From contig JAJHRB010000001.1 in NCBI GenBank assembly GCA_020833025.1, positions 1-64,000 of the forward strand: DNA of 64,000 nucleotides, read 5' to 3'. Shown here in pieces: positions 39,649-52,211 of the stretch. Origin of the DNA: Thermoproteaceae archaeon. Its GTDB lineage: Archaea > Thermoproteota > Thermoprotei > Thermoproteales > Thermoproteaceae. Every line of letters begins with the position of its first letter. Position 1 is the stretch's first letter. Under the pieces are notes generated by a model that saw only the letters and a list, made by a program, of their open reading frames with translations, had not been told where the DNA came from and ran no database searches. The translations under genes and the position numbers were made by a program.

Positions 39649-39745
39649 TGGCGGTCTCGCGCGCCGGCGGGCGGCCCGGGCAGCAGGGGCGCACTCCCAA
39701 GACTCCCGCAGTTCGGTTTTTAAGAGCGGGCGTTCAGGAATTTCA

Positions 39746-40096
39746 ATGAGCGGAGCGGAGGTAGAGAGGGGGAGGAGACTGCTAGTGCCGTCATTCCTAA
39801 CTCCGCAGCAAGAGCGAAAAGAGCCGAGGCGCGGCGAGCGGAGAGTGAGAGCCAGGGGAATCGAGGGAATTGACAGAGGGTTTGTGAGGATATCTGCCGA
39901 GCTCCACGAGGCTCTCGAGAGGCCCGCCGAAATTGAGATTGTCGTGCCAGGAGGCTCGACGCATACTAGGCGCGAGGCGTTCAAAGTAGTGGTAGATAGC
40001 AAGGTGCCGAGCAGCGAGATTCATATGAGCCGAGACGACATGCGAGCGCTAGGAGTTGCCGACAATACCGTCGTGACCGTCAGGAGGAAGCTATGA
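39746..40096 (+). CDS. Small double-psi beta-barrel (CDC48 N-domain-like) protein
   Basis: [33 protein letters not shown] 39746 follows a TTTTTAAG box; the stop overlaps endA. Confidence 0.6.
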   Translation: MSGAEVERGRRLLVPSFLTPQQERKEPRRGERRVRARGIEGIDRGFVRISAELHEALERPAEIEIVVPGGSTHTRREAFKVVVDSKVPSSEIHMSRDDMRALGVADNTVVTVRRKL

Positions 40097-40644
40097 TCGG
40101 CGTGCTGAGGGGTCTGGCCGTAATTGTTGATAATGTAGAGTACGCTAGGAAGTTATACAAAGAGGGCTTTTACGGTAGATTTCTGGGCTACGATAAGATA
40201 AAGCTAGAGGATATAGATAAAATAAATACGCCGCTCATACTGTCTCTCTTCGAGGCGGTGTACTTAGCAGAAGGGGAAAGGCTAAAGGTTTTATCCGAAG
40301 ACGGCATGGAAATACCACCAGAGAAGCTTATGCAAATAGGAAGGGAGAGAATTAAGGACTTCGAGGAGAAGTACAAAGTGTACAAGCACTTTCGCGACTT
40401 GGGCTATATTGTGAAAAGCGGCCTCAAATTCGGCGCGATGTTCTCCGTCTACGAGCGGGGGCCGGGTATTGATCATGCGCCTCTAGTCGTTGTATTCCTA
40501 GAGCCAGACAGGGGGATTTCCGCAATAGACATAACGCGAGGGGGTAGATTGAGTCACAGCGTGAGAAAGACGTTCACGCTGGCAACAGTTCTGAAACAAA
40601 CAGGGGAAATAGTTCTGCTCGGCTTTACGTGGGCCAAGCTCTGA
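40093..40644 (+). CDS. endA: tRNA-splicing endonuclease catalytic subunit
   Basis: [34 protein letters not shown]. Confidence 0.92.
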   Translation: MIGVLRGLAVIVDNVEYARKLYKEGFYGRFLGYDKIKLEDIDKINTPLILSLFEAVYLAEGERLKVLSEDGMEIPPEKLMQIGRERIKDFEEKYKVYKHFRDLGYIVKSGLKFGAMFSVYERGPGIDHAPLVVVFLEPDRGISAIDITRGGRLSHSVRKTFTLATVLKQTGEIVLLGFTWAKL

Positions 40645-40784
40645 CCCCCTAGGGGCGCTTGGGCAATGCGTACATAATGCAGCGCGCCATCGCTCTGCAC
40701 CCCCTCATGGAGTGGCCGCGAGCTCCTGCACAGAAGGGCGGGGCTTAAATATAGTGCCCTGAAGGGCAGGACCGTCGCGATGCG

Positions 40785-41174
40785 CTAATCGATCTTTACC
40801 TCTGCCGTCTCGCTGTATTCGCCGGCCTTTGCCACTGTAACTTGCAAAACGCCGTCCCTGTACACAGCCTTCGCGCTGTCTATTCTCAGTCTGAAGGGGA
40901 GCTCTACCCTTCTCGACACCGCGAAATTCGAGATTCTCTCCTGTCTGAGCGGCTTTGCCTGAGAGTCACGCTGGGGCGGCGATGCGGCAATCTCCACGGC
41001 TCGCTCGTAAACCCTCACCTTAATGCTCTCCTTTTTAAAGCCTGGCATGTCAATGTATATAGTCACGCCGTCTCCCGTGTCGTAAATATCGACATCAGGC
41101 ATCCTCTCCGCCGTGCCGGCTTGCAGGCTGTAAAGCGCCTTCATTCCCTCCTCGAGTCTCTTCAGCACGTCCAT
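40785..41174 (-). CDS. Small heat shock protein Hsp20
   Basis: DIYDTGD..IDMPG, RRVELP, AVYRDGVLQV and C-terminal VKID. Confidence 0.92.
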   Translation of the reverse strand: MDVLKRLEEGMKALYSLQAGTAERMPDVDIYDTGDGVTIYIDMPGFKKESIKVRVYERAVEIAASPPQRDSQAKPLRQERISNFAVSRRVELPFRLRIDSAKAVYRDGVLQVTVAKAGEYSETAEVKID

Positions 41175-41257
41175 GCGCACATGCAGTGGCTGTGCTTATA
41201 ATACCAAGGCACGGCTTCAGCAAAGGGCTAAAAACGCTCCACGCCCCGGTGTTGCTG

Positions 41258-41482
41258 CTAGGAGTATTTTGGCTCGACGGTGCCTATAATCTTGCCGTGG
41301 GCGTTTATGGGAAACGAGCGGCCGCACTTAAGACAGCTTATCGTGAAGCCCATGCTATACCAGCTCTCGCCTATTTCGGTCTCAAATTTGTATTTACAGT
41401 GCGGGCACGTCACGAGCACTTTGAGCGTCCTCTCGAGCGTGCCCCCCGAGTATTCCCAATCCTCTGGAAATCCCTCGGCCAT
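41258..41482 (-). CDS. Small zinc-ribbon protein
   Basis: CPHC..CLKC; TTTATAT box 21 nt before the ATG. Confidence 0.7.
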   Translation of the reverse strand: MAEGFPEDWEYSGGTLERTLKVLVTCPHCKYKFETEIGESWYSMGFTISCLKCGRSFPINAHGKIIGTVEPKYS

Positions 41483-41563
41483 GAGAGGTGGCGCCGGAGT
41501 CTCATATAAATATGTACCCGCGGGATTTGGGTAAATTTATATGCCGCGCCGGCCCTTGATAGC

Positions 41564-41905
41564 ATGCCTACAATCAGGGGAGTTGTGGTATCTAAGCAGC
41601 TAGTTTACGACCCCACAGGGACTAGGTATATCAAAATCGACATTATGGAGGAGAGAGAGATCCCGGGCCCCATTGCCACATTCCCGGCCCACGACGAGCG
41701 CGCAACGCACTTGGCGCGTGAGGTTGTGCCGATACTCACGCAGATTATCAAATCGTTGCCATTCGGCGGCGGCAAGATTCCAGTGCCTAGGCTGACTGCG
41801 TGGCTCACCGACGAGGAGGCCGAGGTGCTTGGCGACATCGATGTGGGAGACACGGTCGTCATAAGCATTGAGGGCGGCGAGGTGAGAGTAAGGCGAGAGG
41901 GCTAG
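41564..41905 (+). CDS. Arcadin-1
   Basis: 113 aa, [24 protein letters not shown]; first gene upstream of crenactin. Confidence 0.85.
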   Translation: MPTIRGVVVSKQLVYDPTGTRYIKIDIMEEREIPGPIATFPAHDERATHLAREVVPILTQIIKSLPFGGGKIPVPRLTAWLTDEEAEVLGDIDVGDTVVISIEGGEVRVRREG

Positions 41906-41941
41906 CCAGTGTGCCTGCCGGCGTGTACTAAAGTTATTTAG

Positions 41942-43896
<1,955 letters not shown>

Positions 43897-43953
43897 GAGC
43901 TGCGCGCCCAGCGCGCAAGGACCTTCTACCGGACCTCCTGCAGCAGCATATTA

Positions 43954-44165
43954 ATGGACGTCAAAATATATACTCTGCGACAAGCCCCGTGCTTGTGAAT
44001 ACAATAATCGAGGAGCTCAGGAAGGTCTTCGGAAGCGGCGACGAGGGAAGGCTTGCAGAGCGGCTGATCTTGGCATACAAGGACGGCGGCACGCGCGCTG
44101 TGAGGCTCGTGCTTCACGAATATCTCAAGACACTCGGCGTCAATGTGGAGAGTAGAGAGAATTGA
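43954..44165 (+). CDS. Arcadin-3; 5' end out of frame
   Basis: Small helical ORF between arcadin-2 and arcadin-4. ATG 43954 needs one extra A at 43963-43966 to read MDVKNIYSATSP. Confidence 0.65.
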
Positions 44166-46521
44166 GATTGAGAACTTCAGGTCCTACAGAGGGAGGCATG
44201 TAATCCTGTCTGGCGATGTGAACATACTCTGGGGGCGCGTTGGCGCGGGCAAGACGAGCGTGCTCTACGCAATCGAGTACGCGCTCTTCGGCAGACAGCT
44301 CGAAGTGAAAGAGAGAGTTGCAAGGCTTGTGGACTTGATACACAGCGGCGCCGATGAGATGAGAATTGCGCTCACGCTGCGCAGCGGCAGCAGCACGCTC
44401 TGCATAGAGAGGCAGCTCGCGCGCGGCGGCGAGAAATTAATCGTGAGGCACGGCGGCGAGGAGCTGAGGGGGGGCGAGGCCGAGAGCAGGCTGCTGGAAC
44501 TCATCGGCGCCGATGAAGACGTATACGAGAGGCTCGTCTACATATCTCACAGGACTCTGGAGGATTTCATTTACGGCACTGCGCGCAAGCGGTCCACCTC
44601 TGTCGACAGACTTTTCGGTATAGACATAGTGGACGGTGTTGTCAGGGTTATAGCCGCGTTCGAGCGGGCCCTGATAGAGCGCGCTGAAAATCTCAGGAGG
44701 CGGCTGTCGGCCTACGAGAAGTACAAGGAGGTAATAAGGAAGTATGGCGGCTACGCCGGTGCGGTCTCCAGGCTTAGCGAGCTTGATAAGGAGATCGCGG
44801 CCCTAAGGGAGAGGGAGCGCGAGCTCACAGTGATGCTGGACGAGCTGGCGCAGAGGCGGTCTGCGCACCTGTCAAGGCTCAAGGAGAGCGAGAGCATTCT
44901 CGTTGAGTACTACAAGGCGAAGTCAGAGCTAGAGGCCCTCGAGGCGGTCACTGGAGGCGAGGACGCGACTGCATCGACGTTTGAGAAAATCAGAGAGGCC
45001 ATTAAGGAGGCTGTCGAAGAGTACGAGCACGCGCTCGGCCGCGAGCTCCTGGACAAGCTCACCAAGTCTCAGGATCTCGAGGCCCTATCGGCTGCGATGA
45101 TGGAGGCGCACGACGCGCTCGCCAGACTGCTGAGAGACATGGAGGCACAGGTGTTGGAACTTCGAAAATTCCACGAGCAGTACGCAGCGAAGGCGAGGAG
45201 GCTCGAGAGCGAGATTGCGGACATGGAGGCAAGGCTGAGAAGGCTGGAGAGGGGCCACCAGCGGTTTAGGGAGCTGCAGAAGCAGTACGGACAGCTCGAG
45301 TCGGCAAAGGCTGCTCTGTTGGAGTGCAAGAGGAGATTCGAGGAGCTAGAGAGAGGCCTTGCGCTCTTCTCGGCGCTAAGGACGATCGCTCATTACATCA
45401 CAGAGACAGGGCTGGAGAGGTGCCCGGTGTGCGGCTCGGCGCTTAGCAAAGACGCCATTGAGGCGCTCGCCAAGAGCGTAGACGAAAAATTCGGAGGCAT
45501 GATACGCGAGGCGGAGAGATACAAGGAGAGGGCGAGGGAGCTAGAGAGGGCTATCGAGGAGATGGAAGCGCTAAATGCCGAAGTTCTGGAATACCTATCT
45601 GTGCGGTCGAGACTTGAGGAGCTGAGAGCGGAGAGAGACGAAACAGTCAGGAGGGCAGTGCAGGCCGAGAAGGCGCTGCGAGAGCTTGAGAGAAAGGGAG
45701 AGAGGCTGAAGATGCTCCTCTCCAGAATTGACAAGCGGGCGCTCCTCGACGCGGTCGCGAGATACAGCAGGGCGGCTAGAATTAGAGAGCTGCGCAGGAG
45801 GCTTAGAGAGCTTGAGGACGCGTTGAGGCGCGCCGGTCTAACGGGCGAGGCAATTGAAATCGACATGAGGTGGAGAGAGGCCATTGAGAGCCTAGAGAGA
45901 GTGACAAGCCGTCTGGCAGAGCTCTACAGAGAGAGAGCCCTTCTGGAGGATGTGACAAAAAGTGTTGGCGGAGAGGCGGAGGAGCTGAGGAAAGAGCTCG
46001 ATGCGGCGCTCTACGCGTACAGCAAGCTGGAGGATATAAAGTCCAAGCTCATGCTTGTTAAGCTCCGCGCGCGGGAGAGACTCCTCGAGGCTGCGAAAAG
46101 CAAGCTGAATGAGGTGTTCCTGTCGCTCTATAGATACGGCGACATAGTCAAGGTCGGCGCCGACCTCGAGGGCAGGAGGGGGTATTATGACTTTCACGCA
46201 ATAGCGCCAAACGGCGAGCGGTACGGAATCGCGAAGCTTAGCGACGGGCAGAGGCTCTCCATCGCGCTCGCACTAGCGCTGGCGCTTAGATTTATTTCGA
46301 ATGTGCAGCTGGGCTTTTTAATATTTGACGACCCAATACCGTACATTGATGTCAATATACGCAAGGCATTTATTGAGCTAGTGAGGGGCCTTGCAGAGCA
46401 ATATCAAGTATTCGTGGCAACGCAGTCTGAAGAGCTGGCGCGAGCACTGAGGGCCATCATGCCGCGCTCGAAATTATTCGCAGTGGTAAAGAACGGCAGC
46501 TCAGAAGTGAGAGAGGAATAA
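44143..46521 (+). CDS. Arcadin-4, SMC/Rad50-like ATPase
   Basis: IENFRSY, GRVGAGKTS, coiled coils, CPVC hook, LSDGQ and IFDDP. Confidence 0.88.
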   Translation: MWRVERIEIENFRSYRGRHVILSGDVNILWGRVGAGKTSVLYAIEYALFGRQLEVKERVARLVDLIHSGADEMRIALTLRSGSSTLCIERQLARGGEKLIVRHGGEELRGGEAESRLLELIGADEDVYERLVYISHRTLEDFIYGTARKRSTSVDRLFGIDIVDGVVRVIAAFERALIERAENLRRRLSAYEKYKEVIRKYGGYAGAVSRLSELDKEIAALRERERELTVMLDELAQRRSAHLSRLKESESILVEYYKAKSELEALEAVTGGEDATASTFEKIREAIKEAVEEYEHALGRELLDKLTKSQDLEALSAAMMEAHDALARLLRDMEAQVLELRKFHEQYAAKARRLESEIADMEARLRRLERGHQRFRELQKQYGQLESAKAALLECKRRFEELERGLALFSALRTIAHYITETGLERCPVCGSALSKDAIEALAKSVDEKFGGMIREAERYKERARELERAIEEMEALNAEVLEYLSVRSRLEELRAERDETVRRAVQAEKALRELERKGERLKMLLSRIDKRALLDAVARYSRAARIRELRRRLRELEDALRRAGLTGEAIEIDMRWREAIESLERVTSRLAELYRERALLEDVTKSVGGEAEELRKELDAALYAYSKLEDIKSKLMLVKLRARERLLEAAKSKLNEVFLSLYRYGDIVKVGADLEGRRGYYDFHAIAPNGERYGIAKLSDGQRLSIALALALALRFISNVQLGFLIFDDPIPYIDVNIRKAFIELVRGLAEQYQVFVATQSEELARALRAIMPRSKLFAVVKNGSSEVREE

Positions 46522-46529
46522 CCCGCGTC

Positions 46530-46580
46530 TCAGTCCCTGACCCCCTCCTCATGCCACTCAGACTGGTAAGTTCTCGTCAC
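46530..46580 (-). ncRNA. C/D box guide sRNA
   Basis: C GUGACGA, guide GAACUUACCAGU, D' CUGA, GUGGC, C' AUGAGGA, guide GGGGGUCAGGGA, D CUGA. A TTTTAAAC box lies upstream on the minus strand. Confidence 0.88.
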
Positions 46581-46712
46581 TAGCGCTGCCGGAGGGTGCC
46601 CGCATAAGTTTAAAACTAATGCAGGGGCACGACGGGGGCGAGGCCAGGCTGAGCGGAAAGCACTCAGTCCTACAACTAAGAAGTATATATACCTCGCGCG
46701 TGTCTTTCTCAC

Positions 46713-47711
46713 ATGACGTCCAAGAAGAAGAAACAGGAGGCAGAGGCGGCAGCGCAGGTTGCCGTGCAGGCGAGCCCAGAGCTAGATGTAGAGGAGCTAG
46801 AGGGCGTGGGGAGAGTCACCGGCGCGAGACTCAAGGAGAGAGGTTACTATACTGTGCACGACGTGGCGTTTGCATCAGTTAAAGAGCTTGCAGAGATCTT
46901 GGGGAACGAGGAGCGCGCGCAGCAGATCATTAACGCGGCCCGGAAAATGCTGGGCCTCAACGCATTCATAACAGCGCTTGAGGTGTACGATAGGAGGAAG
47001 AAGGTAAGGCGGATATCGACTGGCATAAAGGCTCTCGACGAGCTGCTAGGCGGCGGCATAGAGACAAAGGCCGTGACAGAAATTGCCGGCGAGTTCGGCT
47101 CCGGGAAGACACAGCTATGCCACCAGCTAGCGGTGATGGTGCAGCTGCCCGAGGACAGGGGCGGGCTCAACGCCAAGGCAATTTACATCGACACAGAAAA
47201 CACGTTCAGGCCGGAGCGAATAGTTCAGATAGCCAAGGCTAGAGGACTGGATCCAGATGAGGCACTGCGCAACATACTCTACGCGAGAGCCTACAGCTCT
47301 GATCACCAGATGCTGCTGGTCGAGCAGGCAAAGTCCATGGTCAAGAGGCAGGGCGCGTCACTCCTAATTGTGGACTGCGTCATAGCGCACTTTAGAGCCG
47401 AGTACCCGGGCAGGGAGAATCTTGCAGAGAGACAGCAGAAGCTGAATAAACATGTCGCGGACCTGCTCAGAATAGCTGACGCGTACGACGTCGCCGTCGT
47501 GATAACAAACCAGGTCATGGCACAGCCTGATGTGTTCTTCGGCAACCCGCTGAGACCGGCGGGCGGCAATATTCTGGCTCACGGCGCGACGTACCGCATA
47601 TGGCTCAGGAAGTCCAAGGAGAACATCAGGATAGCAAAGATTTTCGACAGCCCCTACCACCCAGAAGGAGAGGTCTCCTTCAGGATCACCGAGGAGGGCC
47701 TTGTCGATTAG
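46713..47711 (+). CDS. radA: DNA repair and recombination protein RadA
   Basis: HhH N-domain, [30 protein letters not shown] and DSPYHPE. Confidence 0.97.
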   Translation: MTSKKKKQEAEAAAQVAVQASPELDVEELEGVGRVTGARLKERGYYTVHDVAFASVKELAEILGNEERAQQIINAARKMLGLNAFITALEVYDRRKKVRRISTGIKALDELLGGGIETKAVTEIAGEFGSGKTQLCHQLAVMVQLPEDRGGLNAKAIYIDTENTFRPERIVQIAKARGLDPDEALRNILYARAYSSDHQMLLVEQAKSMVKRQGASLLIVDCVIAHFRAEYPGRENLAERQQKLNKHVADLLRIADAYDVAVVITNQVMAQPDVFFGNPLRPAGGNILAHGATYRIWLRKSKENIRIAKIFDSPYHPEGEVSFRITEEGLVD

Positions 47712-48313
47712 GTGTTCCGACCGCCGTGCATTAACAACAGCCAGTTGTACGCCGGCAGGAATTTAAAATTTGTCGTGACAAAGTCCCAGAACTTGCGGTA
47801 GATCTCGGCCGCTGGGTGCGACGATATTAACGCAAGCAGTCTAGCTGCCTCCGAGAAGCGGCCTGCAATAGCTAGACTCGCTGACACGTCAACGGCGAGA
47901 GTCCTCACGAGAGTGAGGGGGAGAGTCTCGCCCTCGATTATCTGGGCACGCGCGCGCTCGACTACGAGCTCCGGGCTCGCTCTCGCGACTATCGAGTCGA
48001 CAAGGCGCTTGAGCATGGCAAGCGAGAGCTCGTAGGCGAGCTCGTCGGCCTTCACGCCGCTCGGCACGGCCCAGACTTCTATTAACTCCGGCTCCGTCAC
48101 CGCGCGGGCGGTTGCAGCCTCTCTCATTATTGCGTAGTCGTTGGGCGGTAGTGACACCTTGAGTATTATCATGTCGCCAATTTCTAGCTTTGTCCGGTCA
48201 GCGCCCACTATCACAACATCAATAGGCGCTGGCCCGACGAGCTCTATACTTCTTTCAATTCTCTTTAGGGTCTCCTCTCTCACTTCGGCGGTAATAATGA
48301 AGTCGGCACTCAT
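47708..48313 (-). CDS. Hypothetical protein
   Basis: 201-aa ORF convergent with radA, normal composition. Confidence 0.65.
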   Translation of the reverse strand: MSADFIITAEVREETLKRIERSIELVGPAPIDVVIVGADRTKLEIGDMIILKVSLPPNDYAIMREAATARAVTEPELIEVWAVPSGVKADELAYELSLAMLKRLVDSIVARASPELVVERARAQIIEGETLPLTLVRTLAVDVSASLAIAGRFSEAARLLALISSHPAAEIYRKFWDFVTTNFKFLPAYNWLLLMHGGRNT

Positions 48314-48366
48314 GACTTCACCTGACCTCCTGAGGTTAATGTTTTATATGCGAAATAAAGGGCCGC

Positions 48367-49977
48367 GTGGGCGCGCCAAAATTTGACGTGATTATCACGA
48401 CAGATCGCTCCATGATGTCGAACTACCACCACAAGGAGTTTCTCGGGTTTGGCACAACAGGGCCCGTGTTCGTAGAGCTGCCGCTCGGGCTCTCGGAAGT
48501 ATTTCACTCCTTTCTGTTTGCCCCTAAGGTGAAGACCGACAGGTGGGGGAGGCCTCTTGAGGCGCCGTACGGGATGAGAAAAATCGAGGCAAAACTGCTA
48601 GATGCCGGCATCAACGCGGCAGTGATAGACCCCAGCCACGTCCACAAGCACATACCGCGCGCTAAGGTGCTCATGTTGAGCCACCACGACTACTTCGGTC
48701 TTAACCCTCCAAGCAGCACTTGGGGCGTGATTCTCAATAGAGAGCCGATGAATGCCATGTTCTTCAGGAGGTTCATGGAGAGAATCGCGCCGCTGGTTAA
48801 GAGAGCCAAGGCGGAGAACGGGCTCAGAGTGATAGCCGGGGGGCCGGCAGCGTGGCAATGGCTTTACTTCCCCGAGCTTATAGAGAGGTGGGGCGTAGAT
48901 ACAATATTCGACGGCGAGGGCGAGAGACACATCGTGTCGCTTGTGAAAATGGCACTGGAGGGGGAGCCGCTCCCGAAGTACTTGTACGTCGGCGCCGACG
49001 AAGCCCCCAGCCTCTCTGAAATCTCGACGATTAAGTACCCGAGCATAAACGGGCTCGTAGAGATAGGCAGAGGCTGCCCCAGACGCTGCGCGTTCTGCCC
49101 CGTGACATTACGCCCCCTACGATGGTACCCGCTTAGCAAAATTGAGGAGGAGATTAAAGTGAACGTACAGGCAGGGGTCGTAGACGGCATACTGCATGCG
49201 GAGGACGTGCCTCTCTACGGCTCCAGCGGCATCGTGCTGGACCCCGAGAAAGTAATAGCTCTGCATAAGCTGGCCAAACGTTACTACCGCAGGGTAGGGT
49301 GGAGCCACACGGCGCTGGCCACGGTGTACCACGGAGAGAAGAAGATGGGGCGTCTCTTCACAAAGCTGGCTGAGATCCTGCTTGACGAGGATCAAGAGTG
49401 GTGGGGGGCCCAGGTGGGCCTTGAGACTGGGTCTGTGCGCCTGATTAAGAGGTTCATGCCGGGGAAGGTAGCGCCGTACCGGATCGAGCAGTGGAGGGAG
49501 ATAGTCGTGGAGGCTGCTGCTATAATGCACGAAATCAGGCTGATACCCGCGCTTACAATAATAGTAGGGCTGCCAGAGGAGCGGCCGGAGGATGTCATTG
49601 AGACCATCGAGCTGGTGGAGCAGCTCAGGCCGTACAGGAGCTTAATCGTGCCGCTCTTCTACGTGCCCATGAGCCACGTTACGAGCGGGAAGACCGGGTG
49701 GCTTGACAGGCTGAACCTGTACCCAGAGCACCTCGACCTGTTAAAGCTCGTCGCGAGACACTCGATACACTGGGCCCGGGATATAGTTAACAGGTTTTAC
49801 CTGCGGGGGATGCGCTACGCTCTTGTGAGATTTTTAATAAATTATTTCATTAACTATGTCGAGAGGAAGTTGAATGAGATAGAAGATGTCGTGGAGAGCT
49901 ACAAGGAGAGGCTAAAGCAGTTCAGAGAATCCGCTAGGAGAGAGATCCTACTGTTTTCGGACATTAAGTGCCGTTAA
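48367..49977 (+). CDS. B12-binding domain radical SAM protein
   Basis: EAPYGMRKIEA, IAGGPAAWQ, EIGRGCPRRCAFC and GLETGS. Confidence 0.88.
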   Translation: MGAPKFDVIITTDRSMMSNYHHKEFLGFGTTGPVFVELPLGLSEVFHSFLFAPKVKTDRWGRPLEAPYGMRKIEAKLLDAGINAAVIDPSHVHKHIPRAKVLMLSHHDYFGLNPPSSTWGVILNREPMNAMFFRRFMERIAPLVKRAKAENGLRVIAGGPAAWQWLYFPELIERWGVDTIFDGEGERHIVSLVKMALEGEPLPKYLYVGADEAPSLSEISTIKYPSINGLVEIGRGCPRRCAFCPVTLRPLRWYPLSKIEEEIKVNVQAGVVDGILHAEDVPLYGSSGIVLDPEKVIALHKLAKRYYRRVGWSHTALATVYHGEKKMGRLFTKLAEILLDEDQEWWGAQVGLETGSVRLIKRFMPGKVAPYRIEQWREIVVEAAAIMHEIRLIPALTIIVGLPEERPEDVIETIELVEQLRPYRSLIVPLFYVPMSHVTSGKTGWLDRLNLYPEHLDLLKLVARHSIHWARDIVNRFYLRGMRYALVRFLINYFINYVERKLNEIEDVVESYKERLKQFRESARREILLFSDIKCR

Positions 49978-50424
49978 GTGCAAAGCCTAGAAGCCTGCCG
50001 CGCAGCGAGCCCCTCACGTCGACAAGCGAGCCCGCGCGAGCGAAACCCAGCACTGCAGCCAAAATGCAAGCTGTGCCGCACTGCACGCAGCACGAAAGCG
50101 GGACTTCCTTGTCGCACTCAACCTCGCCGTGCTTGCAAACAAGCTCCTCGATGAGCTTCCAGGCCTTCCTCAATAGACTCTCGCGCGGGACTTGAAGCTC
50201 GAGCGCTAGAGATGTTGTAATACCGTAAATGTCAGTAATGTAGAGTATCGACTTGACGCCGAGGCGCGAGGCGAGCGACGACATACACGGCAGAGTCCTC
50301 CTCTCCAGCCTGCCGCCGCAAAGCCGGTATATTTCCTTAAACCGCTTTAGCGCTTCGGCGTCTGCCTCGACATACGCTAACAGCCCGCTTCTCCAGTCAA
50401 CAAGCGCGACTCCCCTGCACGCAT
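49964..50424 (-). CDS. Hypothetical Cys-rich protein; probable 5' frameshift
   Basis: The called GTG 50440 abuts the TATA box. ATG 50424 is at TATA spacing but needs one extra G at 50412-50415. Confidence 0.55.
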
Positions 50425-50471
50425 ATCCGTCAGCGTGCACGATTTATATGTTGCCGCAGGGCTTAAGCGGC

Positions 50472-50767
50472 GTGGCGACGGTGTGTCTCGCGTGCGCAGA
50501 GCACGAATATGCCAGACCGTCGGCCGCGGTGCGGTGCACTATCTGCGGGGCCGAGGTCGGCTGGAGGAATGTGATATCCCATTACGTGGAACACGGCAAG
50601 AGGGACGGGGATGGCGTCGCGTGCACTATATGCAATGAGCGAGTAAGCCCGGCGATTACAGGCAGCACGTGAGGGGGCACTTTGTGGTGAGGCGCGAGTC
50701 TTACTACACGCGCGGCGTCTGCGGGAGAAGCTTTATTGTTGTCAAATCGCTTATTGTGCGCAAATGA
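50472..50767 (+). pseudogene. Tandem C2H2-type zinc-finger protein, frameshifted or degenerate
   Basis: CTIC..SHYVEH, CTICNERV then a frame change to KPGDYRQHVRGH; third finger degenerate (RGVCGRSF..LIVR). Confidence 0.55.
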
Positions 50768-50777
50768 GATCGCACGA

Positions 50778-51275
50778 ATGATAGACATAGTCGGCTTCCT
50801 GCTTCTCATTTGGCCCCCTTATGTTGCCAACGGCTCTGCCGTTCTGGCCAGCAAGCTTAAGTGGCGCCACCCCGTGGACTTTGGCAGGACGCTTCCAGAC
50901 GGTAGGCGGGTTTTTGGAGACGGCAAGACTTACGAGGGGCTCCTGATCGGGATCTCTGCCGGCACGCTGGTGGGCTACCTGCCTAACATTGCATGCCCGC
51001 GTCTAGCGCTTCATGATGCCTTAATTCTGTCGGCGGCGGCAATGCTGGGAGACCTGCTCGGCGCCTTCATAAAGCGCCGCCTCTGCATGCCCCGGGGGTA
51101 CCCCGCTGTTCCCCTCGACCAGCTCGACTTCATACTCACGTCGCTGCTGGTGTACAGCATATACGCCGACGTGCCACTGGAGTTCATAGCCGCAGCAGCA
51201 GTAATAACGCCGCTCATGCACCGCGCAACCAACCGCATAGCACATCTAGTGGGACTGAAGGGCGAGCCGTGGTAG
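50778..51275 (+). CDS. carS: CDP-archaeol synthase
   Basis: PYVANG, PVDFG..DGRRVFGDGKTYEG, GDLLGAFIKRR and LDQLDF. Confidence 0.92.
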   Translation: MIDIVGFLLLIWPPYVANGSAVLASKLKWRHPVDFGRTLPDGRRVFGDGKTYEGLLIGISAGTLVGYLPNIACPRLALHDALILSAAAMLGDLLGAFIKRRLCMPRGYPAVPLDQLDFILTSLLVYSIYADVPLEFIAAAAVITPLMHRATNRIAHLVGLKGEPW

Positions 51276-51313
51276 GGACTGAATATTTTAATAGTGCCGC
51301 CATGCACTAATCC

Positions 51314-51604
51314 ATGTACATTGTTATCGGCGACAGGCTAACGGTGGCGCTATTCAAGTTAATGGGGTTTGAGGGCACTGTCATGGAGGATCCGAAGGAG
51401 GCGCTCGCGTTCATGGCCAAGGGAATCGAAACTTATGATATTATCTTCATTGCGTCCAAAGTCGCAAAGCCAATACGGAGGGAACTCGACGACATCAGAC
51501 TCAAGAACCCGCGCAAGTTTATAGTGGAGATCCCGAGCGTAGAGGAGAGCATCGAGCGCGAGGTTAACTACCTCTGGCTCGTCAGACAGGTTCTCGGCGG
51601 CTGA
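51314..51604 (+). CDS. atpF: A/V-type ATP synthase subunit F
   Basis: IVIGDRLTVALFKLMG, IVEIPS; upstream of subunits E and A. Confidence 0.85.
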   Translation: MYIVIGDRLTVALFKLMGFEGTVMEDPKEALAFMAKGIETYDIIFIASKVAKPIRRELDDIRLKNPRKFIVEIPSVEESIEREVNYLWLVRQVLGG

Positions 51605-51635
51605 ACTCTTTTTAAGTGGGCAGATAGCACCCTTC

Positions 51636-52211
51636 ATGTCCTCGCTCTTTGCGAGCCTGGTGAGCAGCAAAATAAACGAGCTCGAGGAGTTGAAGAAAAA
51701 CATTCCAGTCGAGATCGAGACGAGACTCAAGCGGGAGGCCCACGCAGTGTTGTCGAAATTCTCTGAGAAAATTTCAAGCGTAGAGAGCGAGGTCGCTCTC
51801 GAGCGAGAGCGCTTGCTTTTCGAGGCGTTAATCCGGTCGAGAGAGGTAGTTGCGGAGACGTACGAACAGATGCTCAGAGACTTAATAGAGGCTGTGTACA
51901 GCGAGATAGACAAGCTTAGGGGGTCGGAGAGGTACGCGAGACTGCTAGCGAGACTTCTTGAAAGCTCGCTCAAGTACGTACAGTCGAGGGACGTCGTGAT
52001 ATATGTCTCGCCGAGGGACAGAGGTGTTGTGGAGGCCGTTGCGAGAAACATGGGCATTACCGGCATCGTAGCCGAGAGGGACATCAGGGGCGGCATCATA
52101 GTTGCCTCTAAAGACGGCTCGATCATGGTCGACTACTCAATTGAAACGCTCCTCTCAAACATGATGGAAGACTTAAAACATCTAGTATACGCGGAGGTAC
52201 ATGAGCGGTAG
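51636..52211 (+). CDS. atpE: A/V-type ATP synthase subunit E
   Basis: Helical N-terminus; IRGGIIV..DGSIMVDYS. Confidence 0.85.
   Translation: MSSLFASLVSSKINELEELKKNIPVEIETRLKREAHAVLSKFSEKISSVESEVALERERLLFEALIRSREVVAETYEQMLRDLIEAVYSEIDKLRGSERYARLLARLLESSLKYVQSRDVVIYVSPRDRGVVEAVARNMGITGIVAERDIRGGIIVASKDGSIMVDYSIETLLSNMMEDLKHLVYAEVHER

Noticed and set aside
41218-41260. Minus-strand guide-like stretch ending in CUGA after the zinc-ribbon gene
   Set aside because: No C box at the expected distance.
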